A stretch of DNA of 32,000 bases from an uncultured bacterium (GTDB taxonomy: Bacteria > Auribacterota > JACPWU01), in NCBI GenBank assembly GCA_964640155.1, contig CAZXEQ010000008.1:30001-62000 (forward strand). The letters run 5' to 3'. The position numbers and the translations under genes were made by a program. Positions 9,782 through 19,328 of this stretch are shown in pieces. Position 1 is the first letter of the stretch, and every line of letters starts with the position of its first letter. The notes beneath the pieces are model-generated. The model worked only from the letters and a program-made list of their open reading frames with translations. It was not told the origin of the DNA and ran no database searches.

Positions 9782-9835
9782 TACGTCACTCTGTCAGTTA
9801 AAAAATTAACGATAAAATATATAAAGCGTAATAAA

Positions 9836-12800
9836 ATGCGATTTTCTCTAAAATTATTCGTAACTTCAATTGTATTATTCGCCTTCTTTTTAAATTCTAT
9901 AAATGTCTCATTTTCAGACACTACGTCTATTCCAACTTCAAAATTTGAAAACTCAAATATTGCTTGTTCTGTTTTTATTCCAGAAGCCTATGGAAGTATT
10001 GATCAATCACATATTGATGGCAAATCTCAAGTAATTTTGATCAAAGATGTGCATTGTCAGTATGAGGCTCAAAAGAATATATCCAAAATACTAGAAACCC
10101 TCATTCGAGATTATAAGGTGGATTTGGTTTGCGTAGAAGGAGCAGAAGGTTTGGTGGATACATCTGCTTTTAGCGCTTATCCTGATTCAAAGATGAGGGA
10201 GAAAGTAGCTGATAAATATCTTAAAAATGGAATTTTGAGTGCCTCTGAAGCGCTCTCAATAGCAAAAGCAAAAGATTCACCTTTTACTATTTATGGGGTT
10301 GAGGAGACAAGATTATATTTAGAAAATTTTACCGGATTTAGAAATACGATTAAGAATAAATCGGAAACAAAAAGATTTATTGAAATCATAAGTTCGGTGA
10401 TTCATTTATTAAAATCAAAAATTTTTAATAAAGGCTTGCTGGAATTAGATGGAAAAGCTCTTAAATATGAAGACGGCAAGCTGGACATAAAGGATTGGGT
10501 TGAATATTTAAGCTCAAATAATAGCTTTGTGAGCAAAAAAGAAAACATTCAGTTTTTTCTTGAAATAAATCGGCTCAGCAAAAAAGTTGATTTTAGAGCT
10601 TTGGAAAAGGAGAGGAAGTTTTTTATTGAGGAACTAGGAAAGAAACTCACTAAAAATGAATTAAAGATCGTCATTGAAAAGACTTTATTTCTTAGGCTTG
10701 GGAAAATATCTGCAGAAAATTATTTTAAATTCATTGATTCTCATTTGCATCATTTCAAAGACTCAGAATCTATTGCAAATCTTAAGCGGTATAGCCAATT
10801 GATTAAACTTCAAGCTAAGCTTGATTTTCAAGTTCTTTCAGACGAAATAGAAGAAGTGGAACAGATGATCCGAAATAATCTTTATCAGAACACCACAGAA
10901 AGTGACTTAGATCAAACTGCTAAAACGGTACGAATCTTAGATAAGCTTTATCAGTTGACGCTCACACGCAAAGAACTGAAGTATTACCATCACAACAAAA
11001 CTCTCTTATCTCTCTCAGCAATTCTAAAATCTGTTTTGACGCTGGCCCAAAAACAGAAAATCAATATTCCTTCTGAACTGAATGACAAAAAATTGATTGA
11101 TAAAGTGAGTCAAGTCAATCAACCCGCGCAATATTTTTATAAGAAGGCATTAGAACGAGACAAGATTCTTGTCAAAAATCTTCTCGAAAAAATGAAAAAG
11201 GATCATGAAGACACTGCTGTAATTGTCGTAGGTGGATTTCATGCGGATGGAATCATTCAAGAATTAAAAGACAGACAGGTTTCATATATTACGATTCTTC
11301 CCAGAATTACCAAGATCGATGAAAAGTCGCCTTATCTCAATGTCATGATGAATCAATTCAAAAATTTCAATCAATCAGTAGGAGAAGTGGGTATAAAAAA
11401 TCTCTCCCCAGTTTTAGCTCTGAGTGAATTGGGTAAAATATTGACGCATTGGGCATCTCGTATAGCTCATGATGAGATAGGACGAAAAAGCATTGAAGAT
11501 CTAGTTGCTCAGTATGGAGGGATTGATCTAAAAAGCATTAAAGAGCTTTTCAAGTTAGCAGGAATAGCTTTTATGTCGACAATGTTTCTAGAAAAAGCTT
11601 TATTGGCAGGAAGTGTCTTAGACTTAAAAAGTGAAATAATGACGATAACCGAATATAGAATTATCAATACTCCTGACGATCTTACAGCATCATTTTTAAT
11701 AGAAGCATTAAAAATAGCAAATATCTTGAGACAAAGAAAAGGATATAGAAGTTTGGATATTGAAAGTGTGATACAGAAAAGACGCGAGAAGATAATTGCT
11801 AGATCTAAAGTGAGAGACATAAAAACGCCAATCGATTTTTCGAAAGATGCAGCGGCAGATCAGATTTTAGAGGCTTTGAATAGCTTATGGGCACAGCATA
11901 TTTATCGAGGGATAAATATGAACGTGGGAGACGCATGGATTCTCTTTGTGGGAGAGTTTTTTGAAGGATATTCTTTGGAAGCAAAATTCTATTTACAGAG
12001 AAAGATAGGAGATGATCAGAAAAAGAAAGATTCCTTAGCAGAATTGTTATCTGAAGTTTCAAAAAGAAAAAACATTCAAGATTGCTATACAGCAGCTTAT
12101 ATGTGGGCGATCGTGCTTTCCCAGGCTTTTGAAGTAGGAGTTTTGATTGAAGAAGATGAATATACATTACATATCCACAGTGATATTCCCTCAGAAGTAA
12201 AGATGGGTTTTACCAGTAGTACTACTGATAGACGTACAGGTATTGCCATTAGAACAGAGGGAAGAGAAGCATTATTAGATGGAGACTTTTCAGGCATTAT
12301 ATTTGGCCTAGAAGACGCAGGAGTTAAAAATAATTGGATGAAAGGAGCAAAGGTTTTTCGAGATGGATGGAGAAAAGATGGAATAGTATTCCCATACATA
12401 GAATGTCAACCAGAATCAGTAGCAGAAAACAAAAAAAGAGCTTCTATCGATAAAAGACCCTCCGATCAAAATCCGCTTGTGGGAAAATCTGAAATAACAC
12501 CAGTTGCTGTTTCTAAGCCATCGCCAAAGGTTCAAAGCACGTCTTGGAACAAAATATTTGATGCTTTCATATATGTTTTCATTGCAGTAGTGGGGATAGT
12601 ATTTGTTGTTATCTTAGTTTTAGTTCTTTACATTCTTCTTAAGCCTGCTGGAAATATGTCTTCAATAAGTCGTTTTTCCGAGTTTCCGTCTTCAGCGTTG
12701 GCGAGCGTTTTAAAAGGAGCATCAAAAGAAAGCAAGACACCGGCTACTATAGGAGATTCAAGGGTTTATTTGTTTGGGGAACAGAATAGAGATGAACTTG

Positions 12801-13153
12801 TGCAAGATATACAGAGAACAGCTAAACAGATTTTGGGGGCAAATGTAATTATTGATGGTAAGAAGGTTTTTAAACTTTTGAAAGAAGATAAAATTAATAA
12901 ACAAATTATGTTATCTGATGTTATAGAAGCAATGCCGGAGGGGATGAACGCTCAAGCAGTCGTCGCGTTGGGTCTTCAGCTAAGTCAATTAGCTTCGCTA
13001 CAAAAAGTGGTGGGCCAAGATGCATTAAACGAAGGCGGGAGCGTTATCTGTTCGATTTTAATGGAAGTCGTGAAGGGAGCGAGAAGAGGTGTTGAGACTA
13101 AAGATCTTGAAGTCTTATCCTCTCAGCATAGATACTGTGACGTTGCGGCATAA
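9836..13153 (+). CDS. giant exported/membrane protein of unknown function with a TraB/GumN/Tiki-like motif set (paralog 1)
   Basis: 1105-aa uninterrupted ORF. N-terminal signal/anchor MRFSLKLFVTSIVLFAFFLNSINVSFS. Motifs: ILIKDVH(73)CQYEAQ, VDLVCVE(101)GAEG, VIVVGGFH(469)ADGI. One strong internal TM segment, FDAFIYVFIAVVGIVFVVILVLVLYILL (about 12557-12645), is followed by a tail of about 170 aa. The N-terminal ~500 aa are colinear with the ORF at 28394. Confidence 0.85.
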   Translation: MRFSLKLFVTSIVLFAFFLNSINVSFSDTTSIPTSKFENSNIACSVFIPEAYGSIDQSHIDGKSQVILIKDVHCQYEAQKNISKILETLIRDYKVDLVCVEGAEGLVDTSAFSAYPDSKMREKVADKYLKNGILSASEALSIAKAKDSPFTIYGVEETRLYLENFTGFRNTIKNKSETKRFIEIISSVIHLLKSKIFNKGLLELDGKALKYEDGKLDIKDWVEYLSSNNSFVSKKENIQFFLEINRLSKKVDFRALEKERKFFIEELGKKLTKNELKIVIEKTLFLRLGKISAENYFKFIDSHLHHFKDSESIANLKRYSQLIKLQAKLDFQVLSDEIEEVEQMIRNNLYQNTTESDLDQTAKTVRILDKLYQLTLTRKELKYYHHNKTLLSLSAILKSVLTLAQKQKINIPSELNDKKLIDKVSQVNQPAQYFYKKALERDKILVKNLLEKMKKDHEDTAVIVVGGFHADGIIQELKDRQVSYITILPRITKIDEKSPYLNVMMNQFKNFNQSVGEVGIKNLSPVLALSELGKILTHWASRIAHDEIGRKSIEDLVAQYGGIDLKSIKELFKLAGIAFMSTMFLEKALLAGSVLDLKSEIMTITEYRIINTPDDLTASFLIEALKIANILRQRKGYRSLDIESVIQKRREKIIARSKVRDIKTPIDFSKDAAADQILEALNSLWAQHIYRGINMNVGDAWILFVGEFFEGYSLEAKFYLQRKIGDDQKKKDSLAELLSEVSKRKNIQDCYTAAYMWAIVLSQAFEVGVLIEEDEYTLHIHSDIPSEVKMGFTSSTTDRRTGIAIRTEGREALLDGDFSGIIFGLEDAGVKNNWMKGAKVFRDGWRKDGIVFPYIECQPESVAENKKRASIDKRPSDQNPLVGKSEITPVAVSKPSPKVQSTSWNKIFDAFIYVFIAVVGIVFVVILVLVLYILLKPAGNMSSISRFSEFPSSALASVLKGASKESKTPATIGDSRVYLFGEQNRDELVQDIQRTAKQILGANVIIDGKKVFKLLKEDKINKQIMLSDVIEAMPEGMNAQAVVALGLQLSQLASLQKVVGQDALNEGGSVICSILMEVVKGARRGVETKDLEVLSSQHRYCDVAA

Positions 13154-13327
13154 TTTAAAATTTAAAACCCGAAGATAAATTTTTACCTTATTCTAGCTAA
13201 TTCTAGTAGGCCCCATTTCTCTCAGTTAAAAATCTCTCCTTTCTTTTTTTTGCCCAAGAGGGAAATTAAGATTCTTGGTTATATTATCTAAAATCTAGAA
13301 TACAGAAAATTACTCAGCCTTTTAAAA

Positions 13328-13356
13328 TTGCATTTGTAGAACTCTGTTGTTAGACT
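13328..13356 (+). promoter_or_regulatory. candidate sigma70-type promoter of secA
   Basis: TTGCAT (13328-13333), a 17-nt spacer, then TAGACT (13351-13356). GAGGAGAG lies 3 nt upstream of ATG 13384. This is a pattern match only. Confidence 0.35.
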
Positions 13357-13383
13357 CGAGCTTTAAAATTTAGAGGAGAGCTT

Positions 13384-16300
13384 ATGCTTCGGTGGATTTT
13401 AAGCAAGACAATTGGAACTAAAAATGAAAGAGAAGTGCGGCGTTTGTTTAAAAGAGTTGCCGCAATTAATGAAAAAGAGATTGAGTATCAAAGTTTAAGT
13501 GAAGAAGCTTTAAAAGCTAAGACGACTGAATTTCGAGATCGGCTTTCTAAAGGCGAAACACTTGATGATCTTTTGGTTGAAGCCTTTGCAGTGGTTAAAA
13601 ATGCTTGCCGCAGAATGGTAGGCAAATCTTGGAATGTGGTAGGTCATCCTTTGCGTTGGGAAATGATTCCTTTTGATGTGCAACTCATTGGAGGAATGGT
13701 TTTACATCAGGGAAAGATTGCTGAAATGGCAACAGGAGAAGGGAAAACACTTGTTGCGACTCTACCTGTTTATTTGAATGCTTTGGCCAATCCGGTTCAT
13801 TTGGTGACGGTCAATGACTATTTGGCAGAGCGTGATTGTGAATGGATGGGTGAGATTTATAAATTTTTAGGTTTGAGTGTTGCATTTCTTCAAAACAGCA
13901 TGGATTTCGAAGACAGAAAAAGAGTGTACGCTTGCGATATTGTTTATGGAACGAACAGTGAATTTGGCTTTGATTATCTAAGAGATAACAGCATGGCGAC
14001 ACGCGTTGAGGAGCAAGTTCAACGCGGTCATTTTTACGCTATTATTGATGAAGTGGATAGCATTTTGATTGATGAAGCACGTACGCCACTTATTATTTCG
14101 GGTCCTTCCACAGTTTCAACGCATCGCTATGATGAATTAAAACCTCTGGTGCAAAATTTATTTCAGAAACAAACTCTTTTATGTAATCGCTTGCTTAAAG
14201 AAGCTCGCGACGTTATCGAAAAAGAAACCTCATCGAAAGAGGAAAGAGAGCAGGCGCAACTTAAACTTTTTCAAGTGCTTAAGGGAACCCCAAAGAATCG
14301 ACAGCTTTTAAAAATGATGGAAGAGCCCTCCAATCGAACCATCTTGGACAAAATAGAACTTCAAATGATGAGTGAGCTTCGTAAGCAGGAGAGATATGAG
14401 GCGATTGAAGAGCTCTATTTTAGCATTGATGAAAAGGGTCATGAAATTGATCTGACAGAAAAAGGAAGATCTCTTATAGCGCCTAAAGATCCGCATGAGT
14501 TTACTCTGCCAGATTTAGGAAGTATTTTTCAGGAAATCGATTTAAATGAAGCTCTAACCGAAGAAGAAAAACAGCGACAAAAAGACAAGATTCAAAATGA
14601 TTATAACGATAAGGGCGAAAGACTTCATAATTTAAGTCAGCTTTTGCGTGCTTACTCTCTTTTTGAAAAGGATGTTGATTATGTCGTCCAAGATAATAAG
14701 GTTTTAATTGTCGATGAATTTACAGGACGCTTAATGCCTGGACGACGTTATAGCGATGGTCTTCATCAAGCGCTTGAAGCTAAAGAAGGTGTAAAAATTG
14801 AACGTGAAACTCAAACGTTTGCAACAATTACGATTCAGAATTATTTCAGAATGTATAAAAAATTATCAGGCATGACTGGTACTGCAGAAACTGAAGCCAA
14901 CGAGTTTTTTCAAATTTATAAATTGTCTGTTGTTGTGATTCCTACGAACGATAAAATTCGTCGCATGGACTATCACGATGTGATTTATAAAACGCGACGA
15001 GAAAAATACAATGCAATGGTGAATGAGATAGCTCAATTTCATGAGGCCAAGCATCCTGTTCTGGTTGGAACGGTTTCAGTCGAAGCGTCGGAAGTTTTAA
15101 GTCGACTTCTTAAGAGACGAGGGATTGTTCACGAAGTTTTGAATGCGCGTCAGCATCAAAGAGAAGCTGAGATTGTCTCCAGAGCAGGCCAGCCTGGGGC
15201 AGTGACCATTGCAACAAATATGGCGGGCCGTGGAACTGATATTAAACTTGCCCCCAGTGTTGTTAAAAGCACCAATTGTGCACTTATAGCGCCTAAATCT
15301 AGCAAAGAACCTTGTCCTCATTTGGAAGAGCTTCAATGTAAAAAGAAAGTTCCATGTGGTCTTCATGTCATTGGCTCAGAACGTCACGAAGCTCGCCGTA
15401 TTGATCGTCAGCTCAGAGGACGAAGTGGACGTCAAGGAGATGCAGGATCTTCACGTTTTTATATTTCTCTGGAAGATGATTTGATGCGACTTTTTGGATC
15501 CGATCGTATTGCTCGGGTGATGGATCGTATGGGAATTGAAGAGGGGCAAGATTTGACTCATCCCTTGTTAACCCGGTCTATAGAAACAGCGCAAAAACGT
15601 GTGGAGCAACGCAATTTTGGAGTTCGTAAACATACTCTTGAATTTGACGATGTTATGAATAAACAGCGTCAGGTAATTTATGATTTTCGTAATCATGTCT
15701 TAAGAGGCGAACGCCTCAAAGACGACATTCTCGAAATTATTACAGAAGTTGTAACTCTTAAAGCCAATGAGTTTTTTTCGGAAAGTGGTGAGATTGATTT
15801 AGCTGGATTTTGTAAATGGATAGATTCGACGTTTCCTCTTCATTTAAGTCAGAGAATGAACTCGTATGAGGAAAAAGATAAAGAAGAAGTCCTAGAACTT
15901 CTTTTAAAAGAAATTAATGGATTATACGAGTTCAAAGAAAAAATTGAAGAAGACCGCATGCCTCGCCTTGAACGCATCGTTCTTCTAAATGTAATTGATC
16001 GTTTATGGCGAGAGCATCTCTATAATATGGATTCTCTGCGGGAAGGGGTTTATCTGAGGGCTTATGGTCAGAAGGATCCCTTGGTAGAGTATCGTGCAGA
16101 AGGTTATACGATGTTTTCAGAGCTGATGGGGAATATAAAGTCCGAAATTTGCAGAGAAATTTTCAGAATTACCGCAACTCCAGAATATTTTGAGAAAGCT
16201 ATGAAGGCTTTGCCCACGCAATTGATTCACAAACAGGTCGAAGGTTTTCAAGTGGCCGGACCTCAACCTGCTCAAGCGCAAGAAACTGAGCAGAATATAG

Positions 16301-16428
16301 AAACCAACGAAGAAACATCTCATCTAGCGTCGAAGATCCCTATGCATCGTGAAGCTCCAAAAGTAGGCCGTAATGATGTTTGTCCTTGCGGAAGTGGAAA
16401 GAAATATAAAAAATGTTGTGGCAAGTAA
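13384..16428 (+). CDS. secA: preprotein translocase ATPase SecA
   Basis: 1014 aa. Motifs: [14 protein letters not shown] (Walker A), [21 protein letters not shown] (DEAD-like), [12 protein letters not shown], and the C-terminal zinc motif [14 protein letters not shown]. Confidence 0.97.
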   Translation: MLRWILSKTIGTKNEREVRRLFKRVAAINEKEIEYQSLSEEALKAKTTEFRDRLSKGETLDDLLVEAFAVVKNACRRMVGKSWNVVGHPLRWEMIPFDVQLIGGMVLHQGKIAEMATGEGKTLVATLPVYLNALANPVHLVTVNDYLAERDCEWMGEIYKFLGLSVAFLQNSMDFEDRKRVYACDIVYGTNSEFGFDYLRDNSMATRVEEQVQRGHFYAIIDEVDSILIDEARTPLIISGPSTVSTHRYDELKPLVQNLFQKQTLLCNRLLKEARDVIEKETSSKEEREQAQLKLFQVLKGTPKNRQLLKMMEEPSNRTILDKIELQMMSELRKQERYEAIEELYFSIDEKGHEIDLTEKGRSLIAPKDPHEFTLPDLGSIFQEIDLNEALTEEEKQRQKDKIQNDYNDKGERLHNLSQLLRAYSLFEKDVDYVVQDNKVLIVDEFTGRLMPGRRYSDGLHQALEAKEGVKIERETQTFATITIQNYFRMYKKLSGMTGTAETEANEFFQIYKLSVVVIPTNDKIRRMDYHDVIYKTRREKYNAMVNEIAQFHEAKHPVLVGTVSVEASEVLSRLLKRRGIVHEVLNARQHQREAEIVSRAGQPGAVTIATNMAGRGTDIKLAPSVVKSTNCALIAPKSSKEPCPHLEELQCKKKVPCGLHVIGSERHEARRIDRQLRGRSGRQGDAGSSRFYISLEDDLMRLFGSDRIARVMDRMGIEEGQDLTHPLLTRSIETAQKRVEQRNFGVRKHTLEFDDVMNKQRQVIYDFRNHVLRGERLKDDILEIITEVVTLKANEFFSESGEIDLAGFCKWIDSTFPLHLSQRMNSYEEKDKEEVLELLLKEINGLYEFKEKIEEDRMPRLERIVLLNVIDRLWREHLYNMDSLREGVYLRAYGQKDPLVEYRAEGYTMFSELMGNIKSEICREIFRITATPEYFEKAMKALPTQLIHKQVEGFQVAGPQPAQAQETEQNIETNEETSHLASKIPMHREAPKVGRNDVCPCGSGKKYKKCCGK

Positions 16429-16468
16429 ATAAGCAGTTTCGGTGTTTGATAATGGATGATTATTTCTC

Positions 16469-18034
16469 ATGGAGAAAGTTGATTTAACACAAAGAAAATC
16501 TTTCGTTTTTAGGTTATTCTCATTTCTCTCTATTATTTTCTTTATTCTTGCTCTTCGTGGAACTTTAGGCGGTCTTACCATTTGGTTTTCGTTCATTCCT
16601 CTGTTTTATTTGCTTGATCAAATCCCAAGTCCCATACGTGCATTTCATTGGTCTTGGTGTGTTGGACTGGGCTCTTATCTTTATTTAGCTTTTTGGCTTT
16701 CTCAAGTAACCACTGTTGGTTATTTTCTTCTTTGCTTTATGCTTGCGATGTATTTTGGATTCTTCGGGTTTTTTTATAAAAAGTGGATGCTTCAAGAAAG
16801 TTTTTGGGCTATTCCCATTTTGGCATGCTTGTGGACGTCTTTAGAATATTTAAGAGGGTGCGGGCCTTTGGCTTTTCCCTGGTTTGTTCTAGGGTATTCC
16901 CAGCATGCACACTTATCTTTTTTACAGATGATAAGTTGGAGTGGAAGTTTTGGTCTGTCCTTTTTTATTGTTTGGATGAATCGGGCGCTGTATGAATTTT
17001 TCTTTTATTATAAAAAATCATTAAAAAACCGTTTATTATTTTTGGGAATAGGATGTATTTTTCTTGTGGGCGTTTATAGTTCTGGACTTGTGCGATTACA
17101 ACAACGATCATTATATAATCAAGAGTCTCCTGCTTTGTCTGTTGCGCTCATTCAGGCCAATATTCCTCAAGATGAAAAATGGGATCCTGTTCAGGCTAAT
17201 TTTATTTTAAAAAAATATGAGCGTATGACTCTGCAAATCGCATCTCAAAATCCCGCGCTTATTTTATGGCCAGAAACTGCTATGCCGGGTGATTTTAAGA
17301 AGAGCCGAAAACTTCAAGAAAAAATTAAATTTCTTGCCCTTGAAACAAACTCTTATATGTGTTTGGGGGGAAATGATGATCTTTTGGATACCTCAGGTGT
17401 TATTACAAATGCAGCCTATTTGATTAATCCCGAAGGAAGTCTTATAGATCAATATGATAAAATTCATCTTGTGCCTTTTGGAGAGTACGTTCCCTTGAGA
17501 AAATGGATGCCTTGGCTAGGGAGTTTTACACTTGGTGATATTGATTTTTCACCGGGGAAAACTTTCAAGGTCTTTACCAACGGTTTTGACCCATTTTCTG
17601 TTGTAATATGTTTTGAAGATATTTTGCCTCATCACGTTCGTTCATTTGTTAAATCTGGAGCCCATTGGCTTGTTAATTTAAGTAATGATGGATGGTTCGG
17701 TCGTTCTAAAGCAGCCGAGGAACATTTTAATTTGGCAAGATTCTCTGCCATTGCGAATGGAGTAAGCCTAGTTCGATCTACTAACACAGGGGTTTCCGGT
17801 ATTATTTCCCCATTTGGAGAAATACAAAAAAGAATAGAAGATTCATTCGGAAACAATATAGAAGTAGAAGGAAGTAAGGTGTATTCCGTTCAGACTAAGA
17901 AAGTTAAAACCTTTTATCAGGCCTATGGAGACCTTTTTTCTCAAATTTGCTTAGGAATTGTTATTATATTTGGATTACTCAAATTCATTTTTAGAAAGAC
18001 TATGAAACATAAGGAGATTGAATATGCTGCCTGA
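16469..18034 (+). CDS. lnt: apolipoprotein N-acyltransferase
   Basis: 521 aa. It has a polytopic N-terminal half followed by a CN-hydrolase domain with ILWPETA (Glu), YDKIHLVPFGEYVP (Lys) and SVVICFEDI (Cys), plus a terminal TM segment. Confidence 0.9.
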   Translation: MEKVDLTQRKSFVFRLFSFLSIIFFILALRGTLGGLTIWFSFIPLFYLLDQIPSPIRAFHWSWCVGLGSYLYLAFWLSQVTTVGYFLLCFMLAMYFGFFGFFYKKWMLQESFWAIPILACLWTSLEYLRGCGPLAFPWFVLGYSQHAHLSFLQMISWSGSFGLSFFIVWMNRALYEFFFYYKKSLKNRLLFLGIGCIFLVGVYSSGLVRLQQRSLYNQESPALSVALIQANIPQDEKWDPVQANFILKKYERMTLQIASQNPALILWPETAMPGDFKKSRKLQEKIKFLALETNSYMCLGGNDDLLDTSGVITNAAYLINPEGSLIDQYDKIHLVPFGEYVPLRKWMPWLGSFTLGDIDFSPGKTFKVFTNGFDPFSVVICFEDILPHHVRSFVKSGAHWLVNLSNDGWFGRSKAAEEHFNLARFSAIANGVSLVRSTNTGVSGIISPFGEIQKRIEDSFGNNIEVEGSKVYSVQTKKVKTFYQAYGDLFSQICLGIVIIFGLLKFIFRKTMKHKEIEYAA

Positions 18035-19149
18035 AATTTTAGAAAGAGTTAAGACGGTGGATCAACAGTTTAAAGATTTAAGAAAGTTTCTTTGACTACG
18101 ATAATAAAAAGGCCCGCCTCAAAAAACTAGAAGAAGAAATGTCTCAACAGGCATTTTGGGATAGCTCTGAGAAATCTAGAAAAACCATTGATGAAGTTAA
18201 GCTGCTCAAAGGAAAACTTGATCCGTTTGATCAATTCGAAAAAAAATTTCATGATTTAAAAAGCGTTTTAGATTTAGTTCATGGAGAGGATTCTGCCGAA
18301 GCGCATGAACTTATCAAGGAGATAAACACAGATCTTTCAGGTCTTGAAAAGAAGATTGGAGATCTTGAAATTAGAAATATTTTAGGTGGCCAGTATGACG
18401 CTAATTCAGCAATTATAACGATTCATTCCGGTGCAGGAGGAACAGAATCTTGTGATTGGGTAGAAATGTTACTGCGCATGTATCGCCGCTGGATTGAAAC
18501 ACATGGATTTAAAGATGAGATTGCGGAAATCATGTTAGGAGAAGAAGCGGGCATCAAAAGTGTCACGCTGATTGTTGAAGGGGAATATGCCTATGGATAT
18601 TTAAAGGCCGAAAAGGGCATACATCGATTGGTGAGAATCTCTCCGTTTGATTCCAATAAAAGACGACATACGTCATTTGCTTCTATGGATGTAATTCCAG
18701 AAATTGCTGATGATGTCGAAGTAGACATTCAGGATAAAGATTTGCGCATTGATACATTCAGGGCCAGTGGAGCAGGTGGCCAGCATGTCAATAAAACAGA
18801 CTCTGCAGTTCGGCTTACACATATTCCAACGGGTATTGTTGTGGCTTGTCAAAACGAAAGATCACAGCATAAGAATAAAGCCACTGCTATGAAGGTGTTG
18901 CGTGCAAAACTCTATGACCTGAAGCAAAAAGAACAGACGGAAAGAATGGCCAAGATTCAAGGTCAAAAAGCAGATATTGCCTGGGGAAGTCAAATCAGGT
19001 CTTATGTTTTTCAACCTTATACCATGGTTAAGGATCATCGAACGGGTGTTGAAACTTCCAATGGAAATGCGGTGATGGACGGCGATATCGATGCATTCAT
19101 TCAGGCGTATTTACGGGGAGTTCGTAGACCGGATAGGGAAGTTTCTTAG
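18024..19149 (+). CDS. prfB: peptide chain release factor 2, made by a programmed +1 frameshift (18024..18092 joined to 18094..19149)
   Basis: Frame 0 reads MLPEILERVKTVDQQFKDLRKFL and then TGA (18093-18095). The +1 frame continues DYDNKKARLKKLEEEMSQQ... into the 336-aa track ORF, which contains the RF2 SPF motif (RISPFDS) and GGQ (GAGGQHVNKT). AAGGAG lies 7 nt upstream of ATG 18024. The start overlaps the lnt 3' end by 11 nt. Confidence 0.93.
18090..18096 (+). promoter_or_regulatory. prfB +1 frameshift site CTT TGA C
   Basis: This is an exact match to the canonical RF2 autoregulatory shift heptamer. The upstream stimulator is only a weak purine-rich stretch (AAGAAAG, 18081-18087) rather than a strong SD-like AGGGGG. 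Confidence 0.85.
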
Positions 19150-19251
19150 AAAATAAACCTGAAAACTGATACTTGGCGCTTGGAATTTTTATTAAATAAA
19201 GATATATTCATCACCTCTTTTAGATCAGATTATTACCAGATGAATTAATTG

Positions 19252-19325
19252 CGGGCCGTAGCGTAGCCTGGTAGCGCGCCTGAATGGGGTTCAGGAGGTC
19301 GGGAGTTCGATTCTCCCCGGCCCGA
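19252..19325 (+). tRNA. tRNA-Pro (anticodon GGG)
   Basis: Folded by hand. Acceptor stem CGGGCCG/CGGCCCG; D stem GCGT/GCGC with a GG-containing loop; anticodon stem CCTGA/TCAGG with loop A-T-GGG-G-T; variable loop AGGTC; T arm GGGAG-TTCGATT-CTCCC; discriminator A. CCA is not encoded. A C1-G72 pair and G37 are typical of tRNA-Pro. Confidence 0.9.
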
Positions 19326-19328
19326 TAT
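19293..19328 (+). repeat. direct repeat copy 1 (3' part of tRNA-Pro plus 3 nt)
   Basis: AGGAGGTCGGGAGTTCGATTCTCCCCGGCCCGATAT. This 36 nt is identical to 19587-19622. Confidence 0.9.

Noticed and set aside
11509-12399. Three minus-strand ORFs (100-120 aa) inside giant paralog 1
   Set aside because: They are antisense shadow ORFs within an uninterrupted 1105-codon frame whose product has a paralog in the window. Their products are Leu/Ser/Phe-rich, as expected from the reverse complement of Lys/Glu-rich coding sequence.
13811-18000. Short antisense or out-of-frame ORFs within secA and lnt (for example 14308-14496, 15097-15366, 16324-16596, 16783-16995, 17632-17856)
   Set aside because: They are fully embedded in, or overlap, genes with unambiguous family motifs. 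There is no independent support.
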